DNA of 64,000 nt from an uncultured delta proteobacterium (GTDB lineage Bacteria; Desulfobacterota; Binatia; UBA9968), in the NCBI GenBank assembly GCA_963745835.1, contig CAVUZH010000001.1, positions 32,001 through 96,000 on the forward strand. The letters are read 5' to 3'. This document shows positions 46,890 through 56,436 of the stretch, piece after piece. The notes beneath the pieces were generated by a model. That model was not told the DNA's origin, searched no databases, and worked only from the letters and a program-made list of their open reading frames with translations. The translations under genes and the position numbers were made by a program. Every line of letters begins with the position of its first letter. The first letter of the stretch is position 1.

Positions 46890-47741
46890 ATGATTCGTGC
46901 CGTAGGATTAGTAGCAAAATATCACGAGCCCAAGGCCACCGAGATGGCCCGTTGGCTCGTCCCCTGGTTAAAGAAACGAGGTCTGAAGGTTTACGTGGAA
47001 AATGGCATTTCCCGTAGCGGCGGTATCTCTTCGAGCAAGAAAGAGATGGCGGCCAAAGCTGATCTGATTATTTCCTTGGGCGGCGACGGGACTTTGCTCA
47101 ATATCGCGCCGTTGGTCGAAAGGCCGGATGTGCCGATTCTCGGGGTCAATCTAGGCGGTCTCGGATTCATCACCGAAGTTGCGGCCGATGAATTAGAGTC
47201 GGTTCTGACGCAGACGCTGGAGGGTGAATACCAAACAGAGCAGCGCATGACTTTGGAAATTCAGGTCCAAAGTAAAAACGGAATAGCTCATCGCTTTCGC
47301 GTTTTAAATGACGCGGTGATCACCAAAGGAGCGCGCAGCCGCATCATCAATCTGGAAACCTATCTCGATGGCGAATATTTATGTAACTACCGGGCTGACG
47401 GGTTGATTATTTCGACGCCCACGGGTTCGACCGCTTATTCCCTCGCGGCCGGGGGGCCGATTTTGGCGCCGGCGCTCAGCGCCATCATCCTGACTCCCCT
47501 ATGTCCTCACACATTGACCAACCGACCGATCGTGGTGCCTGGTGTGGCGGGAATACAGGTTACGCTTCGCTCTTTTGGCGATACCGTTTTCTTGAGTCCC
47601 GACGGACAACAGGGTGTTCGGCTCGAGAACGGCGACAAAGTCGAGGCACGCGACTACGGCCTGCCGGTATCGTTGATAAAGTTGCCGAGCCGCAGTTACT
47701 ATGAAATTTTGCGCGAGAAACTGAAATGGGGGGAACGTTAA
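46890..47741 (+). CDS. nadK: NAD kinase
   Basis: LGGDGTLL, LND, DGLIISTPTGSTAYSLAAGG. Confidence 0.96.
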   Translation: MIRAVGLVAKYHEPKATEMARWLVPWLKKRGLKVYVENGISRSGGISSSKKEMAAKADLIISLGGDGTLLNIAPLVERPDVPILGVNLGGLGFITEVAADELESVLTQTLEGEYQTEQRMTLEIQVQSKNGIAHRFRVLNDAVITKGARSRIINLETYLDGEYLCNYRADGLIISTPTGSTAYSLAAGGPILAPALSAIILTPLCPHTLTNRPIVVPGVAGIQVTLRSFGDTVFLSPDGQQGVRLENGDKVEARDYGLPVSLIKLPSRSYYEILREKLKWGER

Positions 47742-47748
47742 GCGGGTT

Positions 47749-49458
47749 ATGTTGCGCGAACTCCGGATTAAGAACTTTGCCATCATCGACGAGGTCGTTC
47801 TGCAACTTGGCCAGGGCCTTAACATCATTACCGGCGAAACCGGCGCAGGCAAATCGATTATCCTTAGCGCGTTGGGACTTATCTCCGGGGAGCGCGGCAG
47901 TTCGGAGATTATCAGACACAAAGAAGAGGAGGCCACAGTCGAAGCTTTATTCGAAACCGTGCCGCCAGCACTCAGCGCTGACTTAAGCGAAGCCGGTTTC
48001 GAGGTCGAAGGCGAACTGGTTATCAAGCGCATCCTCAACCGCTCGGGTAAAAACCGGATTTATTTAAACGGCAGTCTCTGTCCATTAGGCTTGCTCTCGC
48101 AGGTGGGCGCTTCTCTCGTGCACATCTACGGCCAGCACGAGCACCATACGTTGCTGCAGTCGGAAACCCACTTAAACCTGCTCGACGCTTTTGCTGATCT
48201 CGATGCCATGGCGAGATCCATGAAGCAGCGCTTCGAAGGCTTATCCCACGCCTGGAGCAGTCTGAATGATACCCGTGAGGCTTTGGAACAGCAGCGCCGG
48301 GAGAAAGCGCTCTTAGAAGCTCAGGCTGAAGAGATTGCCAAATCCGGCTTGAAGCCCGGCGAAGAAGAGGAGCTGCGCTCGAGCAGAAATATTCTGGCGC
48401 ACTCGGAAAGACTCTACCAGGGTTGTCGTGAAGGGGAGGAGATCCTTTACGAAGGGGAGTCCGCGCTCGTCGGCCGTTTGGGAAAATACGTCGGGAGGGC
48501 GCGCGAGTTGGCGGCCATTGATCAGGAATTGACCCCGACGTTTGAATTACTTGAATCTTCACTGGCGCAACTGCAAGAGGCGGCGTTACAACTGGGGCGT
48601 TATGCCGATCGAGTTCATTTTGATCCGCGCGCGCTGGAGCAACTCGATGATCGTCTCGCCGAGATTCAGCGTCTCAAACGCAAGTACAACGGCGATATCG
48701 AAGAGATTCTGCGCCTACAAACCGGGATTCAGGTCACATTGGAAAATCTGCAGCAAGGCGAAGCACAGATCCTGAACCTTGAAAAATCCTTTGAGGAGGC
48801 GCGTCAAGCCGCGTGGGACATGGCGGAGAAACTCTCCGGTGACAGGCAGCGCGCAGCCAAGAAATTAAAGCGGGAATTGGAAAAGGAAATCCGCGGGCTG
48901 GGAATGCCTGACACGGTATTCGAGGTGCGCTTCAGACGCCAGGATGAGGAAAACGACAATCCGCCGTTTTTCATTGCCGGTAAAAAACTTACCGAACGAG
49001 GTATGGATCAGGTTGAGTTTTATTTCTCGCCTAATCCCGGAGAACCGGTGAAACCTTTAGCCAAGATTGCTTCCGGCGGCGAACTCTCCCGGCTTATGCT
49101 CGCTCTCAAAGCACTAGTGCTCACCCCGGGTGTCGTCTCGACCCTTCTATTCGACGAAGTCGATACCGGAATCGGTGGCAGGGTGGCCGAGATCGTCGGA
49201 AAAAAGCTCAAGCAAGTGGCCGGTTTGCATCAAGTCATCAGCGTGACTCACCTGCCTCAGATCGCCGCGATGGCGGACTCTCATTATGTCGTGCGCAAAG
49301 AAGTTGATAACCGGCGAACCTTCACTCAGGTCGAGCGCCTTTCGGAAGCGGAGAGAGTCTCCGAGGTGGCGCGCATGCTGGGAGGCGTCAAAATTACCGA
49401 ACGAACCCTGCGTCACGCCGAAGAATTGATCGAGGCAACGGTGAAGACCAGATCATAA
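47749..49458 (+). CDS. recN: DNA repair protein RecN
   Basis: ITGETGAGKS, IYGQHE, ASGGELSR, FDEVDTGIGG, THLPQIA. Confidence 0.97.
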   Translation: MLRELRIKNFAIIDEVVLQLGQGLNIITGETGAGKSIILSALGLISGERGSSEIIRHKEEEATVEALFETVPPALSADLSEAGFEVEGELVIKRILNRSGKNRIYLNGSLCPLGLLSQVGASLVHIYGQHEHHTLLQSETHLNLLDAFADLDAMARSMKQRFEGLSHAWSSLNDTREALEQQRREKALLEAQAEEIAKSGLKPGEEEELRSSRNILAHSERLYQGCREGEEILYEGESALVGRLGKYVGRARELAAIDQELTPTFELLESSLAQLQEAALQLGRYADRVHFDPRALEQLDDRLAEIQRLKRKYNGDIEEILRLQTGIQVTLENLQQGEAQILNLEKSFEEARQAAWDMAEKLSGDRQRAAKKLKRELEKEIRGLGMPDTVFEVRFRRQDEENDNPPFFIAGKKLTERGMDQVEFYFSPNPGEPVKPLAKIASGGELSRLMLALKALVLTPGVVSTLLFDEVDTGIGGRVAEIVGKKLKQVAGLHQVISVTHLPQIAAMADSHYVVRKEVDNRRTFTQVERLSEAERVSEVARMLGGVKITERTLRHAEELIEATVKTRS

Positions 49459-49463
49459 AAGCT

Positions 49464-49617
49464 TAGCAGGGTGCTGAAAAAAAGCCTCTTGCAGGCTGCT
49501 TAAAAAGATCCAGAGGCCAGGCGCGCGAAAAATCGACGAGCGGAGGCGTACTACAGTACGTCGCAGCGAGGTGATTGAGCGGCAACGAAGCATATGGTCT
49601 TTTTCAGCAGCCTGTTA
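49464..49617 (+). mobile_element. MITE-like element, copy B (best preserved, doubled left end)
   Basis: Left TAGCAGGGTGCTGAAAAA plus inner CAGGCTGCTTAAAAAGA; right TCTTTTTCAGCAGCCTGTTA; bounded by TA. Confidence 0.85.
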
Positions 49618-49755
49618 GAGGAAAAAGTCATATCAGGGAGTTCGAGAAGGTTGTGAATTGCTGATTTGACTTTTGCGAATCGTTTATCGATATTACGAAG
49701 TACAATGGTGGTTAGCAGCAGAAATGCTCCGTCTTTTCCGCCTTAATCTTTTCGT

Positions 49756-49831
<76 letters not shown>

Positions 49832-50173
49832 AAAATCAATAACTCGCATGCCATTTAAATTCTCTCCACTTTCAAATTGTCCGTGTTCTGTCATTGATTG
49901 GCCCTTAACGCGACTATTTTCTCCGTAGTTTGATCCTCAACATGCATCTGCAGCTTCTCTGTGGTGGTTCTAGAGAGGCTGTGAATTTAAGCCGTTATTC
50001 TTCGTCCCTACACTCGAGCTTCATCAACCAGTCCCATATGCACAGAACTCGGTTATCGAAGTCTTTGCGCCGACAATCCCTTGAGTTTGCCTATTGTGCG
50101 GCACTCCCGAGATAACTCTGTTGGACTTTACCCTATCCTTTTTTCGCATGAAATCGTTATAGGAGAGGCAACC

Positions 50174-51202
50174 ATGACAATTTATCTCGGAACGATCAGG
50201 TGCGTACAAGATGCTTACAAAAGAATAGCGATGATTTTTCTGGCGCTTATGTTTTTACCTTCCCACGCATCCGGGCAATCTGTGCCAAAAATCCGCATGG
50301 CGTATACGTCAATCGCAATTCAGTTCACCCCAGTTTATTTGATGAAGGAGCTCGATCTCGGGCGAAAGCAGGGACTCGATGTAGAGATATTGATGATTCC
50401 GGTGAGCTCACGCGCGGTGCAGTCGGCTTTGGCTGGCGAACTTCATTTCATTACCAGCGGCGGTGTCGCTAACATCAACGCCAATATGGCCGGCGCCGAT
50501 TTTGTCGGCATCACATCAACGATCAATACGCTCGTTTATAAAATTCTAGCTCAACCCTCAATTAAAGAACCGGGACAGCTCAAGGGAAAGAAAATCGCCA
50601 TTTCACGGCTCGGCGGAGTTAGCGATTTCTCGGTGCGCTTCGGTCTTGACCGCTGGGGACTCGTGCCTGACAAAGACGCCGCTCTTATCCAGATCGGCGG
50701 CGATCCGGAAGCATACCTAGCGCTCCAAAACAAAGCTGTCGACGCCGCGGCTCTATCCGAGCCTTTCGCCACGATGGCGCAACGTGAAGGTTATTCTCTG
50801 GTTTCAGACCTGAGCCAGTTGAATATCCCTTTTACACATCATGGCATCGGCGCGCGCAAACAGCTGATCCGTGACCGTCGTGAGACTGCCGTGCGCTTCT
50901 TGCGCGCATATCTAGAAGGCATTTACGTTTTCAAGACCAATAAAGACTTGTCCCTAAAAACCTTCCAGAAAGTCGCGCGATTGAGCGATCTTTCCCTGGT
51001 TCAAAGCATTTACGACGACTATAGTCAGCGTCTAATCCCGGCCGTGCCATATCCCACTCCCGCTGGCATCCAAACCATCATCGACCAACTCGCAAAAACC
51101 CGCGCGCAAGCCAAGACTCTCAATCCCAACGACTTCATCGATGCATCCATCTTAAAAGAGATTGAAGACAGCGGCTTTATAAAGCGTTTGTATGGAAGAT
51201 AG
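50174..51202 (+). CDS. NMT1/THI5-like ABC substrate-binding protein
   Basis: GGAGAGG RBS; signal peptide; KQGLDVE, QLKGKKIAISRLG, VPYPT. Confidence 0.85.
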   Translation: MTIYLGTIRCVQDAYKRIAMIFLALMFLPSHASGQSVPKIRMAYTSIAIQFTPVYLMKELDLGRKQGLDVEILMIPVSSRAVQSALAGELHFITSGGVANINANMAGADFVGITSTINTLVYKILAQPSIKEPGQLKGKKIAISRLGGVSDFSVRFGLDRWGLVPDKDAALIQIGGDPEAYLALQNKAVDAAALSEPFATMAQREGYSLVSDLSQLNIPFTHHGIGARKQLIRDRRETAVRFLRAYLEGIYVFKTNKDLSLKTFQKVARLSDLSLVQSIYDDYSQRLIPAVPYPTPAGIQTIIDQLAKTRAQAKTLNPNDFIDASILKEIEDSGFIKRLYGR

Positions 51203-51487
51203 ATCGATCGCTCGGAGCACGTAGTGGGTTGAGCAAAACGGAAATGAGGCAGCGAAATAGCAGGGCTGAATGTTGTCCGATCTACGAAGGTAGCCAGCTC
51301 TGATGGTGGCAGCCGGCACCGCTTCTGAAGCCTCCCTAGTCATGTTGCTAATTTAACGAGCAGTAATTTACGTTCGTGTGGGTGTGCTCGGGTGTTTGAC
51401 CAATCATCGCTTTGAGCGATATAGCAAGTGCGTAACTTGATCTTCAGTTCATCTAGGAAAGCGGAGATAGAATTAAGGAGGTGCAAT

Positions 51488-51844
51488 ATGAGCCGGATCC
51501 GTCACATTGCTATCGTTACTTCGAACCAGGAAAAGCTGGGAAACTTTTACAAGACTGCTTTCGGAATGAAGGAGGTGAAGGGTATTGGGTCAGCACTTTA
51601 CCTTTCTGACGGATATATGAATCTCGCTATTATTAAGAAGACGCCTGAACTGAAGGTCGGCGAGGGCCTCTATCATTTCGGTTTCGAGGTAGACGATGTC
51701 GCGCCGCTTAGAGACGTTGTCAAAGAGGTCGGAGCTTCCAGTGAAGTACAACCTAGACCAAAAAATCGTGACGCTGAATTCAGGGTTCACGATCCGGATG
51801 GGAACGCCATCGATCTTGTATGCTCCAGGAAATGGCCCGTATAG
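51488..51844 (+). CDS. VOC/glyoxalase-family protein (copy 1)
   Basis: AAGGAGG RBS; RHIAI, YLSDG, GLYHFGFEV, DPDGNAIDL. Confidence 0.9.
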   Translation: MSRIRHIAIVTSNQEKLGNFYKTAFGMKEVKGIGSALYLSDGYMNLAIIKKTPELKVGEGLYHFGFEVDDVAPLRDVVKEVGASSEVQPRPKNRDAEFRVHDPDGNAIDLVCSRKWPV

Positions 51845-52044
51845 AAGGCTCGCGCTCGGATTATCGAGGACTGCACATCGGCCTGCGTTCTCGGGATCGA
51901 TCTCGCCATAACAGTTGACCCGGTAGAAGATGGTTGATGATAGCAAAGATACGCGGAGGGGATTGACCCGGCGGATAGCGATGCTCACCAGGAAATGTAG
52001 CTCAGAACTGCATGACAACTACAGTATTAGTAAGGAGGATTAAC

Positions 52045-52470
52045 ATGGGCGTTGAAATCATTGATCTAGTGGAACTCGCACGTCGAGAAAAACGTCGAAA
52101 GGTTGTGTTCAATACGCCACGTTGTCACGCATGGGTCCACTACTATCCGAATCCCGGCGAGAGAGACGACATGCATTGTCACAACGCGGATCAGACATTT
52201 TATGTCATTGACGGCGAATGCACCATGCATTTTCCTGATGGTGGCAAGGCGGTAATGAAGCCGGGAATGGTTGCCACCATTACCGGTGGATCCTTCTATC
52301 AATTGGAAAATAGCGGTGATGGCCCGATGATAATGATGGGCAATCGCTCCGGACCTTCTGAAGCTATCCAACACATCAACTATGAGCTTCGAAAGGACAT
52401 TAAAAAACTCAGCAAAGAGGAATTAGAGCGCGCCAATATCCCTCATATTTCGATGCAGGGAAGAAGTTAA
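52045..52470 (+). CDS. Cupin-domain protein
   Basis: AAGGAGG RBS; MHCHNADQTFYVIDG cupin motif 1 and KPG motif 2. Confidence 0.85.
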   Translation: MGVEIIDLVELARREKRRKVVFNTPRCHAWVHYYPNPGERDDMHCHNADQTFYVIDGECTMHFPDGGKAVMKPGMVATITGGSFYQLENSGDGPMIMMGNRSGPSEAIQHINYELRKDIKKLSKEELERANIPHISMQGRS

Positions 52471-52496
52471 TTGATCAAATGTTGCGGAGGTGTCCC

Positions 52497-53546
52497 ATGA
52501 AACCAGTAGCTATGGCTTGGCTTGGGATGTTTCTCGGGCTGATGCCGAATTTATCATGGGCCCAGCCGGATTTTTATCGAGGCAAACTGATTACGCTCAT
52601 CCAAGACAGCACGCCGGGTGGGGTGGGCCAGCTCCGAACCCAGGCATTGCTCCCTGTTTTGCAGAAGCACATTCCCGGTGAACCAAGGATCGTAATGCAG
52701 TTCATGCCAGGCGCTGGAGGCAGAACGGCTGCGAATCATCTTTACAACAATGCGCCGCGCGACGGCTTAACCATTGGTCGGGTGAGCAGTGGACTGGTAA
52801 CGTCTGCCATTCTCGGGCTGCCGGGCGTTCAATATGACATCAATAAACTGATTTACTTGGGCTCTGGTCACAACGAGGTAAACAACGTCTTTTTTTCACG
52901 GAGTCAACTCGGTCTGGATAACCTCAATAAACTCAGAGCAGCTACAGGGTTGAGGATCGGAGGACAGTCGGTTGGCCACTCCAACTATGTGATTGCCAGA
53001 CTTTTTGCATGGCTGCTTGATTTAAAAGAACCCCGGTTTGTGGTGGGCTTTTCCGGAGCGGAAATGGACGTAGCTCTCATGCAAGGCGAGCTGGATGCTC
53101 GCGCGAATAGTGCAGAAACCGTAGTTCAGCGTACGCCTCAATTCATTAACGAGCGACTTATGAACTTCCATGGTGTAGCCGAGATTCCGCACGGATATCG
53201 CTACAAGCATCCGGCCTTCGGCGAGCTCCCCGCACTGCACAGCTTTAGTAAGACTGACAAGGAAAAAAGAGTGCTGGATATGTTCGCTGCGTTCGGCCGT
53301 TTCAGCCAAGCTTTTGTTCTACCACCAGGCACTCCAAATGACCGGGTGAGAACTCTTAAAGACGCTTTCAGGAAGTCATGGAAAGACCCTGAATTTCATG
53401 CAAACTGGACAAAGATGACTCGTGCAGATCCTTCCCCTCTGATGCCCGAGGAGTTAGAAGAGCTAGTTAAAAATATCCCTAGAGACCCGGAAGACATTAA
53501 GCTTTACAACACGATCGCTGGAGCAGATCCCTTGCCGAGGCGGTAA
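52497..53546 (+). CDS. Bug/TctC-family periplasmic solute-binding protein
   Basis: Signal peptide; FYRGKLI, PGG, MPGAGG..AAN, PRDGLTIG, PPGTP. Confidence 0.85.
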   Translation: MKPVAMAWLGMFLGLMPNLSWAQPDFYRGKLITLIQDSTPGGVGQLRTQALLPVLQKHIPGEPRIVMQFMPGAGGRTAANHLYNNAPRDGLTIGRVSSGLVTSAILGLPGVQYDINKLIYLGSGHNEVNNVFFSRSQLGLDNLNKLRAATGLRIGGQSVGHSNYVIARLFAWLLDLKEPRFVVGFSGAEMDVALMQGELDARANSAETVVQRTPQFINERLMNFHGVAEIPHGYRYKHPAFGELPALHSFSKTDKEKRVLDMFAAFGRFSQAFVLPPGTPNDRVRTLKDAFRKSWKDPEFHANWTKMTRADPSPLMPEELEELVKNIPRDPEDIKLYNTIAGADPLPRR

Positions 53547-53623
53547 CGATGTTGGCACACTCTACCTCAATCGTTTTTGACGGTAGCGGCTTCGGTTAGA
53601 AATTACATGCAGGAGGATTGCAG

Positions 53624-53971
53624 ATGCCTAAGATTCGCCATATTGCTATCGTGAGTTCAAACCGTGAAAAGTTAGCAGAATTTTATAAACAAGCCTTCGG
53701 GATGAAACAGGTGCAAGGCGAAGGAGGTGCTATTTACTTGTCGGACGGTTCTATAAACCTCGCCCTGAACCCACACTATGCCGGACGAGAACCCGGTCTT
53801 TATCATTTTGGTTTTGAAGTCGAGGATCTCGACATTTTAAAAAAGAAGCTTAAAGAAGCGGGCGCAGGTAGCGAGGTTCAGAGGCGGCCGCGGAATCGAG
53901 AAGCCGAGTACCGGGTTCTCGACCCAGACGGTAATCCCATCGACCTTTCAACTCACGGCTGGCCAACCTAA
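53624..53971 (+). CDS. VOC/glyoxalase-family protein (copy 2)
   Basis: AGGAGG RBS; same motifs as copy 1. Confidence 0.9.
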   Translation: MPKIRHIAIVSSNREKLAEFYKQAFGMKQVQGEGGAIYLSDGSINLALNPHYAGREPGLYHFGFEVEDLDILKKKLKEAGAGSEVQRRPRNREAEYRVLDPDGNPIDLSTHGWPT

Positions 53972-54019
53972 TCACTTACCCGTGCTGACAAGAATGGATA
54001 TTCATGAAGGGAGGCGCAA

Positions 54020-54370
54020 ATGCCAAGAATACGTCATCTCGCAATCGTAAGTCCAAACCGAGAGCGTCTGGTAAATTTCTATACGACCGCCTTCGATATG
54101 AGAGTCGTCTATGGTCGCCCGACTAGCACACATCTTTCCGATGGAGATTTCAATTTAGCCATCGTCGATCAAAAACCTGACCTGAAGCCAGGACTCTATG
54201 TCCTCGGTTTTGATGTTGATGATCTCCACGACTTGGAAGGGAGCCTTAAGAAAGCCGGCGCCTCTTCAGAGCTTACACCGATGCCGAAGGACCATGATGC
54301 TGAGTTTAGAGTTCTTGATCCAGATGGGAACCACCTTGATCTCGCGATACATGGGTGGTGCGTTGTTTAG
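54020..54370 (+). CDS. VOC/glyoxalase-family protein (copy 3)
   Basis: GGGAGG RBS; RHLAI, HLSDG, DPDGNHLDL. Confidence 0.88.
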   Translation: MPRIRHLAIVSPNRERLVNFYTTAFDMRVVYGRPTSTHLSDGDFNLAIVDQKPDLKPGLYVLGFDVDDLHDLEGSLKKAGASSELTPMPKDHDAEFRVLDPDGNHLDLAIHGWCVV

Positions 54371-55048
54371 GACTTATACTCGAATCCTCCATAGCTCATC
54401 TGGTCAAACGTGTCTTTGTAGGTGGGCAATTCATTCCATTCATCATTGAGCAGATTATTCCCTGAAGAGATGGTCGACGAGGTTTGACCAATATATTTAA
54501 TGCTTCCAAGCAAACAGCCGGATCCGAAAATCAATGAGAAGAGATTTTCTTGGCAACCTTAGGTTTCTGATGGCAGTTTCTACCTTGAAAAAGTTGTTTG
54601 TGATCTGAAAGGACGATGGCGCCATGCCTTTGACGTGACCCTACCGCAACCGCAAAAGCAAAAAGTCCGTGTTAACGTCAGCGGCGGGCAGCAGCCAAAT
54701 AGCGTTATCCTTATTCTCAGCCAAACATCCCTGTGGCGTTGGCAGCGGTTTGTCCTTCGGCTCTGTGCATTGAAACAAACCGCTTGAAACAAAGACCAAC
54801 AAAACTAATAACAACAAGCAAAACATTTGGCCGGGATTCTCTATCTCAGCTAGTTCTGCTTTGCGCCACACACTGGGCAATGTGCAAACCACCGTCGAAT
54901 GCGCGACCGACATCGACGGCAAACATTTGTTCGACCGCGCCTGACCAAAAGCACGGACGTGACGACAAGGAGACCAGCAACTACAGTTGAGAACATTTTT
55001 TACCAACCATGCTCGCGCAACCAGAATCGTAAGAAGGCGACTATCTCC

Positions 55049-55198
55049 TCAGGTTGGCACCCTCCAGGCACTTCTTAGATCTACCCATGCTCTGGCCAGT
55101 GATAACCCATCTGCCTCCGCTTCTTCTTTTGTTTTGAATATCGTGCCCTCGATCCGTTGTAGCTCGATAACAGAAGCGTTAGACGAACACCAGAAGGG
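55049..55198 (-). pseudogene. Probable remnant of a small hypothetical gene
   Basis: Start-less frame reading SVIELQRIEGTIFKTKEEAEADGLSLARAWVDL..., protein-like. Confidence 0.35.
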
Positions 55199-55408
55199 TC
55201 AGACACGACGGCTTAATCCGAACAAGTTGTGATTTCGCATACGACGAAGCGATTTCGAACTCTGTTCGACGAATTACCAGCCGAAATCCGAAATCAAGCA
55301 CGACGGGCATACCGCCTGTTTCAAGACAACCCCAATCATCCCAGCCTACGTTTTAAGCCAATTCATGCCACGCAGCCCATCTATTCCGTGCGGATCAGGC
55401 AAGTTTAG

Positions 55409-55614
55409 GAGACTGGGAGACTCGGAAGACGAGACTGGGAGACGAAAGGACGAGATTGGGAGACGGAAGAGAGAGACTGGGAGATCTGAAGACTCGACGA
55501 ATCTCGATAACTCATTGGTCTCTATGAGTCCCTGAATCTCCATCAGTCTCCTTCTTAGACATCTCGATCAGTCTCGTTCTTAAACGTCTCAATCAATCTC
55601 AACGAATCTCAATC
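55409..55614. repeat. Bipartite GAGAC / RTCTC repeat array 1
   Basis: Four 21-22 bp units GAGAYTGGGAGAY... (55409, 55431, 55452, 55473), then opposite-sense units including 25-mers ATCTCSATCAGTCTCSTTCTTARAC (55536, 55561). Confidence 0.9.
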
Positions 55615-55676
55615 TGCTTGAGATCATTTAAGATCGGCTCCTGAACAGTAACAACCAGATCGCAAGCACAATGTGC

Positions 55677-55937
55677 TCAAGTTCCTAAAACGTCTTTATG
55701 AGTTCCAACGGCTGTAATGATAATGCGTGTTCCATCTCGAATATAGGTTGCCCTGTAGTTCATGGTGATGCTGAAGGCCCAGTGATCGGTACCCTTTAGT
55801 TTTTCATTTCTCAGACCAGGGTAGGATGGGTTGGCAATAAGTCTTTCTAGCTGATCCCAAAATTTTATTCTAACTTCTTTAGGAAGGGAATTGAGTATCT
55901 TAAGAACCGAATCAGGGATGACGATGTTAGTCGCCAA
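55677..55937 (-). CDS. RelE/ParE-superfamily toxin
   Basis: 86 aa; NPSYPGLRNEKLKG...FSITMNYRA...VGTH; overlaps the antitoxin stop. Confidence 0.8.
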   Translation of the reverse strand: MATNIVIPDSVLKILNSLPKEVRIKFWDQLERLIANPSYPGLRNEKLKGTDHWAFSITMNYRATYIRDGTRIIITAVGTHKDVLGT

Positions 55938-56202
55938 AGTGCTTCCGCGCCTCTTTCACCGATTTAAATGCCTTGAGCTTCCCCTTTTCTATGTTTTTTT
56001 TGGATCGGACAATCTGCTCCTGCCATTCCTTGCTCCAGAACCATGCCTGGTCCCTGGGAACCTCGATTATCGGGCGGATTACGATATTGCCTGCCTCCGC
56101 TATCACTTCCACGCGTTCTCCGACCTGCAAGGGAATTTTGGCTCGAACATCTTCGGGAATGGTAATCTGATACTTTTCCCTGACCTTAACGGTTGCGCCC
56201 AT
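55927..56202 (-). CDS. AbrB/MazE/SpoVT-family antitoxin
   Basis: KYQITIPEDVR..L..GE swapped-hairpin motif; DQAWFWSKEWQ tail. Confidence 0.88.
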   Translation of the reverse strand: MGATVKVREKYQITIPEDVRAKIPLQVGERVEVIAEAGNIVIRPIIEVPRDQAWFWSKEWQEQIVRSKKNIEKGKLKAFKSVKEARKHFGD

Positions 56203-56225
56203 AGCTTGTGACTCCTTTTCCGACC

Positions 56226-56275
56226 GTATTACTGTATTACTATACGATTTTATACAGCAGGTCTTTGCGGGTCAA
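56226..56275 (-). promoter_or_regulatory. TA operon promoter with tandem operator-like repeat
   Basis: Minus strand TTGACC-N17-TAAAAT, then AGTAATAC AGTAATAC direct repeat. Confidence 0.65.
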
Positions 56276-56278
56276 GCT

Positions 56279-56436
56279 GTCTCGTTCTTCGACATCTCAA
56301 TCAGTCGCCTTCTCAAACGTCTGAACGAGTCTCGTTCCTCAACAATCTCGATCTTAAAGTCTCAATGAGTCTCTCTCTGAAAGTCTCCACCAATCTCAGC
56401 CTTCGCCGAAAGGAATCTCCATGAGTCTCGTTCGAC
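56279..56436. repeat. RTCTC repeat array 2
   Basis: GTCTCGTTCTTCGAC, ATCTCAATCAGTCGCCTTCTCAAAC, GTCTGAACGAGTCTCGTTCCTCAAC and further RTCTC units; same 25-mer as 55536-55585. Confidence 0.88.

Noticed and set aside
51219-51245. CGTAGTGGGTTGAGC resembling a GTAG-family REP
   Set aside because: No matching palindromic arm or second copy seen in the window.
56385-56393. CTCCACCAA matching the tRNA-Ala 3' end (possible attR)
   Set aside because: Only 9 bp and explained as part of a GTCTC repeat unit.
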